64,000 nt of DNA from Eledone cirrhosa (Eukaryota), in contig OZ024755.1 of the NCBI GenBank assembly GCA_964016885.1, positions 34,906,001 to 34,970,000 on the forward strand. The letters run 5' to 3'. Both the position numbers and the translations under genes were made by a program. The notes beneath the pieces are model-generated. The model had not been told where the DNA came from and did no database searches. It worked only from the letters and a program-made list of their open reading frames with translations. Below, in pieces: positions 1-12,502 of this stretch (position 1 is its first letter; every line of letters starts with the position of its first letter).

Positions 1-191
1 CCATTCATCCTCCCCTTCCCCCCTCCCCGTTCTTCTGTGACACTAGAGCCCTTGCCATTTCCTCCCCTTCCCATTTTTCCTTTTTCTCTTTTTTTCTCTA
101 TATTTTCCTATTTTACATTCCATTCTTCTCAATCTAAATTTTCTTTTTTTCTTTTTCTATTAAACTGTATTTTCCTGATATATTCCTTAAA

Positions 192-415
192 GTGAAGGAG
201 CGTAGCTAAGTGGTTTGAGAATTAAATTTGGAATCGAGAGGTAGTGAGTTCGATTCCTGGATTAGGCGATGCATTATGTCCTTGGACAAGACACTTTATT
301 TCATGTTGCTTCTTTTGCCTGGAGTTGCAACCGATATATAGTATTAACAATTGGAAAGACCAATAGAAACATTGTTTCCTAGGTTCGATTTGACGAAAGT
401 CGATCAACTGTTGAT
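192..415 (+). mobile_element. tRNA-derived CORE-like SINE (family C), diverged
   Basis: A-box-like TAGCTAAGTGG, B-box GAGTTCGATTCC, then CORE-like TGTCCTTGGACAAGACACTTTATTTCA; related copies occur elsewhere in the window. Confidence 0.8.
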
Positions 416-674
416 TTCTTAAATAAGGTTCCCAGAGTGTCCCGAGTTCATTTTCTTGTGGTGCCAACACTAGAGAAGTTGTTGAGCCTTTGACCCAACT
501 GAAGAGTTCTCCAACTCTTTTTGGCATGGTTTCTACAGCTGGATGCTATTCTTAATTCAAACCACTTTACAGGGTATGTTTTATCATAGCACCAGCACAA
601 GAGAAGTTGACGGGGGGGGGGGGGGAAGTAAGACATAGTGGGAGGGGTTAAGAAGGATGGAATAAATGTCATTA

Positions 675-968
675 GGATGAGGCTGTGTCCCCATTAGTGC
701 TTTGGAAACCACAAGCAGTCACTAATAACAAGAGACACAAGCTCTCCTATCCTGATTTGCTGGCCACCTATGAGGTTGTGTCCCCATTAGTGCTTTGGAA
801 ACCACAAGCAGTCACTAATAACAGGGGCCGCAAGCTCTCCTATCCCGATGTCATCTCCAGAGATTCTGATATTGAAATCCAGGATTTGGCAACGGCAATG
901 AACGACAGACCCACGTGGAGATCAATTGTTGAGTCCATTTTGGCTGAGGCTGCTGGATGATGATGAAT
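675..968 (+). mobile_element. 3' end of a non-LTR retrotransposon with an internal ~94-bp tandem duplication
   Basis: Translation KLSYPDVISRDSDIEIQDLATAMNDRPTWRSIV resembles a LINE ORF C-terminus; ends in (GAT)n; GTGTCCCCATTAGTGCTTTGG occurs twice. Confidence 0.55.
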
Positions 969-1074
969 ACTAGTAAAACCAACAGCAAGGGATGTAAACA
1001 ACTATTGGGGTGAAATATAGACGGCTGATTCATCATCACCACACAAAAACAGTTGTAGGAAGAAATAACAAGCC

Positions 1075-1475
1075 TAGATGTAATCCAAATATTACAAAAT
1101 ATATGTATAGGATTTAGATAAACAATCAAACCAGGACTTACTTGCAAAAATATTCGAAGATTTACTGAAAGAGCCAGAAACAGTATCTGAGTGTTTCAGA
1201 AAGAGAAAAAAAACAATTTAATCTCTAAGATTGAAGAAGTATCAAATCCACAAACTACAGACCTAAAACCTGCTAGCTTGCAATATACAAAGCATTAACA
1301 AAAAATGCTCACAAAAACAAACACACGGTGAGAAGAACAAAAACATTGTGTGAATGATTGCGTAGATATCAGTTGTCGATCAAGAAATCCTAACAGAAGA
1401 CTCTAGAACATGAAAGTCTGAGATTAGCATGCATTGATTACCAGGAAGCAATGGCTGCGTTCTTGATTCTGGTTA
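1075..1475 (+). pseudogene. Decayed R4/Dong-like reverse transcriptase fragment
   Basis: Frameshifted motifs NYRPKTC*LAIYKALT and ..IDYQEA resemble the NYRPITCL and IDY.KAF motifs of R4-type RTs. Confidence 0.5.
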
Positions 1476-1487
1476 TAATAACAAAAT

Positions 1488-2526
1488 AATGGTTTCTACT
1501 ATTGGCACAAGGCCAGCAATTACCCAGTACATTACTGGTATTTTATTTTATAGTCCCCGTAATAATTGTTTCTACTTTTGGCACAAGGCCAGCAATTATT
1601 CCAGTGCATTACTGGTACTTTATTTTATCGGCCCCGTAAGGATGAAAGGCAAAGTTAACCTCGGCGAGATTTGAAATCAGAATGTAAAAGGCCATAACTC
1701 TATGCCGCAAAGCATGGTGTCCGATGCTCTACTGATCCTGCCAATGTACCACCCCACCCTAATAATTGTTTCTACTTTTGGCACAAGGCCAGCAATTATC
1801 TCAGTACATTACTGGTATTTTATTTTATAGTCCCCGTAATAATTGTTTCTACTTTTGGCACAAGGCCAGCAATTATTCCAGTGCATTACTGGTATTTTAT
1901 TTTATCGGCCCCGTAAGGATGAAAGGCAAAGTTAACCTCGGCGAGATTTGAAATCAGAATGTAAAAGGCCATAACTCTATGCCGCAAAGCATGGTGTCCG
2001 ATGCTCTACTGATCCTGCCAATGTACCACCCCACCCTAATAATTGTTTCTACTTTTGGCACAAGGCCAGCAATTATCCCAGTACATTACTGGTACTTTAT
2101 TTTATAGTCCCCGTAATAATTGTTTCTACTTTTGGCACAAGGCCAGCAATTATCCCAGTACATTACTGGTACTTTATTTTATCAACCCTGTAAGGATGAA
2201 AGGCAAAGTTAACCTCGGCGGGATTTGAACGCAGACCTTAAAGGGGTGTAACTCTATGCTGGAAAGCATGGTGTCCGACGCTCTACCGATACTGCCAATC
2301 CAAACAAAATAATGGTTTCTGGTATAGGCACAAGACCAGCAATTTTGGAGGAGGGGAAGTCGATTAAATCGACCCCAACACATGACTGGCACTTTAATTT
2401 ATTGACCCCATAAGGATGAAAGGCAAAGCTAACCTTAGCAGGTTTGATCTCTGAACGCAAAGGGCCGCAACTCTATGCTGCAAAACATGCTGTCCGATGT
2501 TCTACCGAAGATACCAATCCACCACC
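1488..2526 (-). mobile_element. Tandem cluster of tRNA-derived SINE family N (~277-bp duplicated unit plus further copies)
   Basis: Repeated AATTGTTTCTACTTTTGGCACAAGGCCAGC..GGATGAAAGGCAAAGTTAACCTCGGCG..ATTTGAA; Pol III-type head on the minus strand. Confidence 0.85.
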
Positions 2527-2599
2527 TCTGATTCTTAAAATAATTTTAAAAAATGAAAGAATTTAATAAAATACTTAACATCTTCATTATTAATCTGAT

Positions 2600-2780
2600 G
2601 TATCGGTAGAGGGTTGGACGCCATGCTTTGCAGCATAGAGTTACGGCCCATTACGGTCCGAGTTCAAATCCCGCCGAGGTCAGCTTTGCCTTTCATCCTT
2701 ACGGGGGGTCGATAAAATAAAGTACCAGTAATGCACTGGGATAATTGCTGGCCTTGTGCCAAAAGTAGAAACAATTATTA
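2600..2780 (+). mobile_element. SINE family N, 5'-truncated, with target-site duplication (TSD)
   Basis: B-box GAGTTCAAATCCC; flanked by the direct repeat ATTATTAATCTGATGT. Confidence 0.85.
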
Positions 2781-3247
2781 ATCTGATGTTTACTCTATTA
2801 TTCTATTACCTGTTCCAGCTGACAGGCTGAGGCCATGCTGGGTCAGTGCTACTGCATATAATTCTGTTACTCTATTATGTTACAGTCGAGGGCCTGAGGC
2901 CATGCTGAGGCACTGCATGGAACATTACTTAACAAAAAATTCTTTCATACAATTATCATGGAATGTTTAGTATAGAAATGAAAACTTTAAAATGGGCAGT
3001 TTTGTATCATAAAACCAGAAGCAGTTTCAGGTGGTTTGCTATGAAAAAAAAAAAAAGGTTGCCCTGTTGCTCAGTTATATCAAATACCAGATCTTTAGGG
3101 GTCTTTAGAGTAGTCCACCTTGACCTAAGTATTTGGTTCAGATCTTCTGTTAGTATACCTCTCTCCCCCTTTTCCTTCTTCCCACCTAGACACCCTAACA
3201 TGGGTCATGAGCACTGCACCTCCCTTCTGACTAAGTAATAAAATACA

Positions 3248-3462
3248 TTAACCCTTTACCATTTACATTATTCTATATATAATATTGTATTTTCATGGTA
3301 AGGCTTTACCTCACATAATATCAAATCTATAAGATTTTGATATTATCTATTTTGAGAACAATACCTTAATATTAGTATGAGCAGCCAGTTATGGCCAGTT
3401 TACACGGAAAGAGGTGATAAAATTCTGGCCAGATACGGCCGGTTTAAATGCTACAGAGTTAA
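3248..3462. mobile_element. piggyBac-type MITE
   Basis: TTAA-CCCTTT ... (AGAG)TTAA termini; internal sequence shared with several other copies in the window. Confidence 0.75.
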
Positions 3463-3487
3463 TACTCTGCTTGCCATAACTACATTT

Positions 3488-3677
3488 AATTGTTTCTACT
3501 TTAGGCACAAGGCCAGCAATTACCCAGTGCATTACTGGTACTTTATTTTATCGACCCCGTAAGGATGAAAGGCAAAGTCAACCTCGGCGAGATTTGAACT
3601 CAGATCGTAAAGGGACGTAACTATGCTGGAAAGCATGGCGTCCGACTCTCTACCGATACTGCCAATCCACCGCCCTA
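3488..3677 (-). mobile_element. SINE family N, full length
   Basis: Head GGCGGTGGATTGGCAGTATCGGTAGAG on the minus strand; flanking direct repeat TAACTACATTTAAT. Confidence 0.85.
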
Positions 3678-4169
3678 ACTACATTTAATGATGCCATAAC
3701 TACATTTAATGATGATTTTTTTCTTGGAGACAGTATTTTAAGTAGGTTAGCAGTACATCATTATTATAATTGTATGCTGATATATTAGAAACTATGATTC
3801 ACAATCATCCATACATCCATATATACTAAAATTTCTCATGAAATTATTTATCTCTCATAAGTGGAAAATGGCCTGCAATTTTAAGTGCTGAAATTTCATC
3901 TAAGGTATTGTAAAAAGCATCAGAGTAGATTTATGACTGAAAATGATGAGCTGATTAGAAGCTGGCAAATGTCAAGTGCATGTGGGTAAGTTTTTAAAAT
4001 TATTCATATACAGTGATTAAAAGATGCAAACAAATTAAAAGATTCAAATGATGGCATAAGCTATATTAAAGATGCAAGTGCAGACAACCCAGCCAGCTTA
4101 AAAGTATCATCAAATATTGCAACTTCTCTCCATTTTAAGGGTGGAAAAAACTGCTTATATTCTTCTTGT

Positions 4170-4510
4170 GACATTAAACTCCGCCAGTTGCAGACTGAAC
4201 ATCAACACGTGATATCTCTCTCCACAACGTTTGATCCCCAGCAGCAGAGTTCAAAGAGTAAAGATCAAGTCCAGTCCATAAGTTGACATTGTCAAGCCAT
4301 CGTTTTGGCTGCCGGCCTCTGTTTGAGTTGATCTCTTTATATGACCCTATAGTTTAAGTACTCTTGACTTGACAATTGATGTAACTGGTCTAAGTTTGGT
4401 AATGTTGTCAATAATGCTTCAGAAGTTTTCAGGCTGATACAAGTTCTTATTTGTCATTAAGGAAAAGCACAGATAATGAGGGAAATATAATAAATACATC
4501 TGATGTTGAT
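4170..4510 (-). mobile_element. Decayed RTE-like LINE 3' fragment
   Basis: Minus-strand translation RGRQPKRWLDNVNLWTG..DQTLWREI is typical of a LINE ORF C-terminus. Confidence 0.55.
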
Positions 4511-4537
4511 CTGGAAATCAAACAAGAAGGTCGAGGT

Positions 4538-4880
4538 CATCATCATCATCATCACCATTATCACCATTATCATCATTTTACGTCTGCTTTTCCCTGCTTG
4601 CAAGGGTGGGATGGGTCTTATTCAGCACAGCATCTCTCCATTCATCACGGTCCTTCATCATCTCCTCCATGAGCTCCAGCGATCTGAGGTCAGCTCTCAC
4701 CACCTCCACCCATGATTTTCGTGGTCTTCCTCTACTGCATCTTCCTTCTACTGGGATTTCTTGGCACTTCTTCACCAAGTGGTCATCTTCCATGTGCATC
4801 ACATGTCCATACCAACACAGTCTTCTCTCCTACACACTACAGTTTATTCCTCTGATACACAGTTTCACTCTCAACTTGTC
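4538..4880 (-). mobile_element. RTE-clade LINE 3' end with (ATG)n tail
   Basis: WYGHVMHMEDDHLVKKC..RGRPRKSWVEVVRADL, followed by the tail CCCACCCTTGCAAGCAGGGAAAAGCAGACGTAAAATGATGAT. Confidence 0.85.
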
Positions 4881-5169
4881 TATGATAGGTGACATTAGAA
4901 ATGTACACACAGTGATTTTCTAAATAAATTTGTCCAACATTGAAAACATATTGCGAAGATTATAATGTAAGGTGCTGTTGCTGATTAATAATTCCCCCAG
5001 GCCGCATTTAGAATATGAACATTCTTCAGACCTAGATTTCTGTGAAATAAATTTATCTTGCACCAAACAATTCTTCCCTATTCTATGGAGCAGCATGTCA
5101 TTTTTAATATTAAGACCCGCTACTTTTACCATTCTTTCAAACAACTTGCTGACGAAACATATTGCCACA

Positions 5170-5452
5170 TTACTCCTTTAGCATTTAAACCAGCCATATC
5201 CAGCCAGAATTCTCTCACCTCTTTCTGTTCAAACCTGTCGTAACCAACCGATTATACTGATGTTAAGGTATTGTTCTCAAAATGAATAATATCAAAATCT
5301 CATGGATTCTATATCATGTGAGATAATTATGTAAGGTTAAGCCTTTACCGTGAAAATATTATAGTTTATATAGGGTAATGTAAATATTATGTGAGGTAAA
5401 GCCGTGAAAATATAATAATAAATATAGAGTAATGTAAATGTTAAAGGGTTAA
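5170..5452. mobile_element. piggyBac-type MITE
   Basis: Inverted copy of the 3248 family, ending AAAGGG-TTAA. Confidence 0.75.
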
Positions 5453-5499
5453 AGAATCTAACATGGAACCACCATATCCTGAAGATCATAGATAGTATG

Positions 5500-5830
5500 G
5501 AGTTTAGTAGAAAGTAACAGAGAACTATATGAGAAGAGTTTAGAAGAAGCCATGGTCAGATGTTTGTAATGATTTCTTTGAATTTGATGAATAAATATTA
5601 CAAGCAGCCATCAATAACATAACTAAACTAACCAATGAAGAGATAATGTAAAATATTAATTGGAAAATTTGAAGGAGCTAATCAAAATATGGAATATCTG
5701 AAGGAGTTAATCAAGTTTCGTAGTTAAATTTCATCTGTTGAAGAGTTGCAGGAGTTAGTTCAGCAACACAAAAGTGAACAGCCACCTAAGGAAAATTTGA
5801 GTACTCCAACAAATCCTCAATTTCCCTTCA
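5500..5830 (+). pseudogene. Possible highly decayed Tigger/pogo-like transposase remnant
   Basis: KKPWSDVCNDFFEF weakly resembles the pogo C-terminal WKKLWP..V.DF motif; many stops. Confidence 0.25.
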
Positions 5831-5979
5831 ATACTATGGCAGATACCTTTTCCTTAGAATAAAATTATGGCTGAAAATTGAGTATAGATTCATTTATCCA
5901 CACCAAAGTGGCCATTGTTGTGAACCTGTTAGCAAATTTACTGAAAGAAAGAACTTAGGAAATGTTGATTTTAAACAAA

Positions 5980-6488
5980 GTGTACCTGACCTCCCATGGG
6001 TACAAGCTGAAGCATATAGACAATATGCCCCCACACCCTCCCACTGCAAAGTGGTCGTGGAGGTGCCACGGCAAAAAAGCACCCAGCCCACACTGTAAAG
6101 TGGACGTGGAGGTGCCATGGCAAAAAAGCACCCAGCCCACACTGTAAAGTGGACGTGGAGGTGCCACGGCAAAAAAGCACCCAGCCCACACTGTAAAGTG
6201 GACGTGGAGGTGCCACGGCAAAAAAGCACCCAGCCCACACTGTAAAGTGGACGTGGAGGTGCCACGGCAAAAAAGCACCCAGCCCACACTGTAAAGTGGA
6301 CGTGTAGGCGCCACAGCAAAAAAAAGCACCCAGCTCTCACTGTAAATGAGGTTGGTGTTAGGAAGGGCATCCAGCTGTAGAAATCAAGCCAAAATCAGTT
6401 CCTGTATGAGCAAGGCGTGGTCAGCCGACCAGACACTGCCCACAACAGGACAACCCGGACATAAAACGGTGATGATGATGATGATGAT
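5980..6488 (+). mobile_element. SINE-like element with RTE-type tail and an internal 49-bp tandem array (~6 copies, 6042-6345)
   Basis: Unit CACTGTAAAGTGGACGTGGAGGTGCCACGGCAAAAAAGCACCCAGCCCA; tail GGACATAAAACGGTGATGATGATG; 5' part shared with 28795-29138. Confidence 0.8.
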
Positions 6489-6489
6489 C

Positions 6490-6710
6490 GACAGTCGATC
6501 GACTTTCATCAAATCGGACCGAGGAAACAATGTTTCCATTGGTCTTTCCAATTGCTAATACTATCTATCAGTTGCAACTCCAGGTAGAAGGAGCAACATG
6601 AAATAAAGTGTCTTGCTCAAGGACATAACACATCGGCCGGTTCAGGAATTGAACTCACAACCTCATGATTACGAATCCAATTCTCTACAAACTCAGCCAT
6701 GCACCTTCAC
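6490..6710 (-). mobile_element. CORE-like SINE family C
   Basis: Reverse-complement homolog of 192-415. Confidence 0.8.
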
Positions 6711-7011
6711 TTAAACAAATATCCCTAATATAAATGGTGTCAATATGAGGACATTACAAGGAAATAAGATGAGCCTCTTCACTGTTTTAATCTATATATA
6801 AATTTGAGCAACTTCTGTCTGTCCGTTTGTACCACAATGTGTGTGTGTGTGAATGTATGTGTGTGTAAAAGGAAGGAAGGGGATGGTGAAAAAACTATAC
6901 CAAAACAGCGGCTGGCGTTCCATTTGCTACGCTGTGTGTGAGGTGTGTTTGTATTTGTGTAAAAGTATGTGTGTGTTTGTGTAAATGTATGTATGTGTTT
7001 GTGTAAATGTA

Positions 7012-7618
7012 TGTGTGTGTTTGTGTGAATGTATGTCTGTGAGTGTGTATTTTTGTGTGTCTGTGTTTGCATGTTTATATTTATATACTCATACATATAA
7101 TGGCTGCAAACTCTGCTAAGAGTATTGCAATCGCTTGTCAGATTATAGAGTTTGGTGCACTTTTAGGCTACGGCCAGCCACACAAACCTGTAACATATCC
7201 TGAACAAGCAATGCCTGTGCTTTGAAGGTTTTTAAGTGGGAAAAGGCCTTGCACTCGACCAATCCCACTATCTGAGCATCAAAAACACTCCCAAAAAGGA
7301 GAACTGGTCAACATGTGTGTGTTTGTGTGAATGTATGTCTGTGAGTGTGTATTTTTGTGTGTCTGTGTTTGCGTGTTTATATTTATATACTCATACATAT
7401 AATGGCTGCAAACTCTGCTAAGAGTATTGCAATTGCTTGTCAGATTTTAGAGTTTGGTGCACTTTTAGGCTACGGCCAGCCACACAAACCTGTAACATAT
7501 CCTGAACAAGCAATGCCTGTGCTTTGAAGGTTTTTAAGTGGGGAAAGGCCTTGCACTCGACCAATCCCACTCTCTGAGCATCAAAAACACTACCCAAAAA
7601 GGAGAACTGGTCAACAAC
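7012..7618. repeat. ~302-bp tandem duplication
   Basis: Two near-identical units (ORFs 7043 and 7345 translate almost identically). Confidence 0.9.
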
Positions 7619-7619
7619 A

Positions 7620-7915
7620 TCAGATGTTTCTGAAGCCGCAGCTTTTTTCTTCAGAGTTTCCCTCTCTTAGAAAGGTGTTGTGACAACAACTGGGGGCCTT
7701 TCACTCACAGCTGAAAAAAACCCCAAAAGTATTATTTGGATGGCCGTTGACTCTGCCAAGTTCCTCTCCCCTTTGCCGGGTCTTGTATTTCATCCCACAG
7801 GGTGTCCAAATATCACCCTCCTCGCCAAGCTAGCTTAGTGGGGTTGCCGGTTTAGTCACCGACGACCTGACCATGAGACAGGTTGTACTGGGTTACATGT
7901 TACCAGTAGCACTTG
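7620..7915 (-). mobile_element. Unclassified interspersed repeat
   Basis: Reverse complement of 14245-14440 (GTGCTACTGGTAACATGTA.CCCAGTACAACCTGTCTCATGGTC). Confidence 0.7.
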
Positions 7916-9674
7916 AGACATATACATATAAATGTATGCATATGCACATACACACACATACACACATATATACATGCACGTCAACATGTTGAAAAAAATC
8001 TTAGTTTACTAAATTCCATAACACAGTGTTTGGTAGCTGAAGACTAAAGTAGAAAACACTTTTCCAAAGTACCACACAGAAAGTTACCAACTTCCTGTTC
8101 AAAGTATTTGTGATCTTAACTTATATGTTAATATCTAATCTATTCTTAATATAATCTCTACCAGTAATACTATACAAGAATATTTTGTCGGGACAAGAGA
8201 TTGGGGGACTTACATCAATATTAACACTTAATATCTTTCTACAAATTACACAATAACATCTATGTATTTATTTGTTGAGCCATTCTAGTTTTAAACAAGA
8301 GTTATTTATTTATGTCATTATGTGATAACTTTGAAAATACTTTGTAAGAAGAAGTCTTTTCAAAGAAACCATGTGAAGATTTGTTATTATGATAACTGTC
8401 ATTTGGTTCAAAGGTAGATTTAGCATTATCCCCTACTCTTTTGTTCTTATATTATCTTTGTGCTTGTGTTTTTGTCTTTCGTCTATTGTCTTTTGTCCCC
8501 TAACAAGAATTTTAAAGCAAATGAATTGCTTAATAATGCAGTTCTGTAGTGCTTTTGAAACCTGCGTTGGAATTATCTAGGTAGGAAAGCATTGAATTGC
8601 AAATCAGATTCACTCTGCACGTAGGGAAAGTCATAAGAAGATTTGCTATATATAAGTAAAGCTAGTAGGATTATGTTTTCTGTCTGTTCACATAAACCAA
8701 ACTTATTCATTCAAGCAAGAGATGCTTAAAACTCAACAGTCATAAAAACATTGAACTGATTCCGAAGCCCAATGCAAAAGTGGCAACATAAAAGAGGAAG
8801 CATATCCAGGTAAAAGATTCTCAGAGGCAAATAGATAGGTTGTAAAAATGAGTGAAAAGATAAAAATATGGTTGTACTGACAATGTCAAAAAAGGATAAC
8901 TATTTGGTAATGACAGACATGGCATTGAAGTTTAAAGCAAAGGGAAAATAAAGTAAATAAAATCTTATCTACAGAAATGCTGATGTATTGGTTAATAAAC
9001 AGGTATGAATACCAAGTAAAATTTATATACCTTTTCTATTTTATTTATTTATTCATTTTTATTTCAATGTAGCTAGCAAGATTATGTGAAGAGTTTGTAG
9101 AAAATTCATTGCTGAAAAAACTAAAACAAATAAAATATATTGGGTGTTTTTTTTATTTTGTTTTTTTTTTGCTACTATCACACATTTTCTCTCTGTCTGC
9201 TACAGATATAAAGCTATATACTTCTCTTTTTCTCTTATTCAATGGGTGATTTCTGTTAGTGTCGGATTGCTTTTTTTGCCTTCCTTTTTGTATATTAGCT
9301 ATGGTATTTATTGTTTTTTATTTTGCAATGGTAATGGTGGGGCTGGGGAAAGGGGAGGCCACTTAGATGCAGGTTTTTATGATGATATTATACCGAGCTT
9401 CATTTTTAGCTATTATCAGGTAATATGGTGGGCGGTAACTTGCTACGTTCTTAGTGCAGGAAGGATTTACTGCCAGCGTACAGAAGAGAACTCAGATAAT
9501 ATCAATCAGAGAAATATTAAAAACTATTGGTTGGAAAATTTGAAAGCTCATCATCATCATCATCACCATCACCCTTTTCCATTCCTTCTAGAAGATATGT
9601 ATGCATGTATGTATTGACATATATATATATATACACATATATATATATATATATGTGTATATATATAAATATGT

Positions 9675-10015
9675 GCAGGCACATGGCTTAGTGGTTAGAG
9701 CATTGGCCTTGCAATCGAAAGGTTGTGAGTTCAATTCTCAGACCGGGTGATGTATTGTTTCCTTGAGCAAGACACTTTATTTCACATTGCTCCAGTTTAC
9801 TCAGCTGTAGAAATGAGATGATAAGGACTGGGGTCCCTATCATTCCACTGCAAAGTGGTCGTGGAGGTGCCACGGCAAAAAAGCACCCAGCACTCACTGT
9901 AAATGAGGTTGGTATTAGGAAGGGCATCCAGCTGTAGAAATCAAGCCAGAATCAGTTCCGTCCCACCCTTGCAAGCAGGGAAAAAGTGGACGTAAAATGA
10001 AATGATGAATGATGA
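9675..10015 (+). mobile_element. CORE-like SINE family C with RTE-derived tail
   Basis: A-box TGGCTTAGTGG, B-box GAGTTCAATTC, CORE-like block, and a tail matching the LINE end at 4538-4612. Confidence 0.9.
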
Positions 10016-10045
10016 TATATATGTGTGTATGTATATATATATATG

Positions 10046-10136
<91 letters not shown>

Positions 10137-10827
10137 GCTTTATTCAGGCAAATAAAAATTCAATTTGCCTTAAGATTGGCAGAGAAAATTTGTGCATGCA
10201 CAAAACACACACACACATATATATGTTTATATATATATACACACACACACATATATATGTACACACATGAATATATATATAAACACATATACATATATAT
10301 AAACATACATACATAAATATATATATATGTACGTGTGTGTGTGTTTGCGTGTGTGCTGAAAATAAATTCTCAGGGAAGCTCCATGTTTGTTTTATGAAAA
10401 TCACAAAGTACTTTCATCTTTGCTACATGTGTAATTAATTTGAGATATTAGCAGCTCAATTCCGAGACACATTCTTCTGGTATTAAAAATATTCACAATT
10501 CATTTGAATTCTTCTTAGATTTTAATCATTTACTTTGAATTAGTGTATGTTGTCAGATAATTTATTGAATGTTTGATTTCATAGTTGATATTGTCAATCA
10601 GGGTTTGTTTAGTGTATCTGATATTATGCAGGTTTGTTTCTTGGCTAAGCCAATGATTTTCAGTATAAAAGCATAATGGTTTCAGACTAACTCGCATATG
10701 ATGTGCTACAACAAGACAGCAAGTTTGAGGCTAATCTGACGACCAAAGAAGGCTTATGAAATGTGTTTTTCCTTTCTTCCTGTCTTGCTGAAAATCAGTT
10801 TAAAGTTTTAGCAACATAGACATGTAA

Positions 10828-11532
10828 TAATAGTTTCTTATATAGGCACAAGGCCAGTAATTTGGGGGAGGGAAAGTCGATTAAATCTGCCCCCAGTGTG
10901 TGACTGGTACTTTATTTTATCGACCCTGTAAGGATGAAAGGCAAAGTTAACCTCAGTGGGTTTTGAACTCAGATCATAAAGGGCCGTAAGACATGTCATA
11001 ATTGTTTCTACTTTTGGCACAAGGCCAACAATTACCCAGTACATTACTGGTACTTTATTTTATCGACCCCGTAAGGATGAAAGGCAAAGTTAACCTCAGT
11101 GGGATTTGAACTCAGATCATAAAGGGCCGTAAGACATGTCATAATTGTTTCTACTTTTGGCACAAAGCCAGCAATTACCCAGTACATTACTGGTACTTTA
11201 TTTTATCGACCCTGTAAGGATGAAAGGCAAAGTTAACCTCAGTGGGATTTGAACTCAGATCATAAAGGGCCGTAAGACATGTAATAATTGTTTCTACTTT
11301 TGGCACAAGGCCAGCAAATACCCAGTACATTACTGGTACTTTATTTTATCGACCCCGTAAGGATGAAAGGCAAAGTTAACCTCAGTGGGATTTGAACTCA
11401 GATCATAAAGGGCCGTAAGACATGTAATAAATGTTTCTACTTTTGGCACAAGGCCAACAATTACCCAGTACATTACTGGTACTTTATTTTATCGACCCCG
11501 TAAGGATGAAAGGCAAAGCTAACCTTGGTGGA
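10828..11532 (-). mobile_element. Tandem array of truncated SINE N copies (~141-bp unit, 5 copies)
   Basis: Repeated ..CAGATCATAAAGGGCCGTAAGACATGT junction. Confidence 0.85.
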
Positions 11533-12055
11533 ATAATGAACATTGCCAAGTGTTTGGTAGCTTTACTCTTTGAGCCTTAGGAAATGAACGATTTTCCATC
11601 AAATATAGGACCAGGGCCAGCACCCGACTATCTGGCACCGTAGGCAAGGTTAGATTCTAGCTCTGTATTATACACAGAGCACTCTTCTTTCCTTTACATT
11701 TAACTCAAAAACACTTAAAATATATATATAGATAGAGAGAAAGAGGGGTACGCATGCCAATGATGATGAGGCAGAGGAGAGGGATGTACATGGAAAGATA
11801 CCTATTTGTAATATAGGTCTATATATATATATATATATTAATTTATTAAAATAACAGATTAAAGTTTAAGCAAAGAATCGCTGCTTTCGCCCTTAACGGG
11901 ATCTTCTGAAACTAAAAAAAAAATCAATCTGTGAACGCAGAAGTAAATATTTCGAAAACTGTTGCAACCAAAGTAAAACAGAAGATACTTTGGTTTGTGG
12001 AGACGTTCCCTGGCAATAGTTTTCAAATTTATTATTATTACTATATATATATATA

Positions 12056-12246
12056 TCATCATCATCATCATCATCATCAACGTTTAACGTCCGTGTTCCA
12101 CGCTTGCATGGGTTTGGACGGGGGTAGTCCCACTTGAGGCAAGAGTGATTGTCTTGCTCGCATAGGACTGTCTGGCAGGTTTTCTACAGTTGGATGCCCT
12201 TCCTAACACCAACCACATTTACAGTGTGGGTCTGGGAGGTTTTTAC
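12056..12246 (-). mobile_element. SINE 3' fragment with RTE-type tail
   Basis: (CAT)n followed by CGTTTAACGTCCGTGTTCCACGCTTGCATGGGTT..GGATGCCCTTCCTAACACCAACC; also at 13530-13990 and 54665-55065. Confidence 0.75.
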
Positions 12247-12391
12247 CTATATATATATATATATATATAGTGGTAGAACACTGGAAAGTAATATCCATAG
12301 TGGTAGAGCACTCAGTACATGGGACGAGTTAGGTAGAAGTGGTTACACAACAGTTAGTTTACCATACCGTCCGTATAACCATCTCCTTTAC

Positions 12392-12427
12392 GAGCTGAGG
12401 ATCCGCTAAGGTGAAACAATTGTTCTC
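12392..12427 (+). ncRNA. Minimal type I hammerhead ribozyme motif
   Basis: GAG-CUGAGGA-UCCGCUAAGGU-GAAA-CAAUUG-UU-CUC: stem I GAG/CUC, palindromic stem III ACAAUUGU, predicted cut after GUU (12424); stem II is short. Confidence 0.7.
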
Positions 12428-12459
12428 TCGGTATGGTGATCTAACTGTTGTGTAACCTC

Positions 12460-12502
<43 letters not shown>

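Noticed and set aside
9144-9617. 157-aa hydrophobic ORF
   Set aside because: T-rich low-complexity sequence, non-ATG start, no recognisable domain
9675-9750. tRNA genes at SINE heads
   Set aside because: A and B boxes run straight into SINE bodies; no complete cloverleaf
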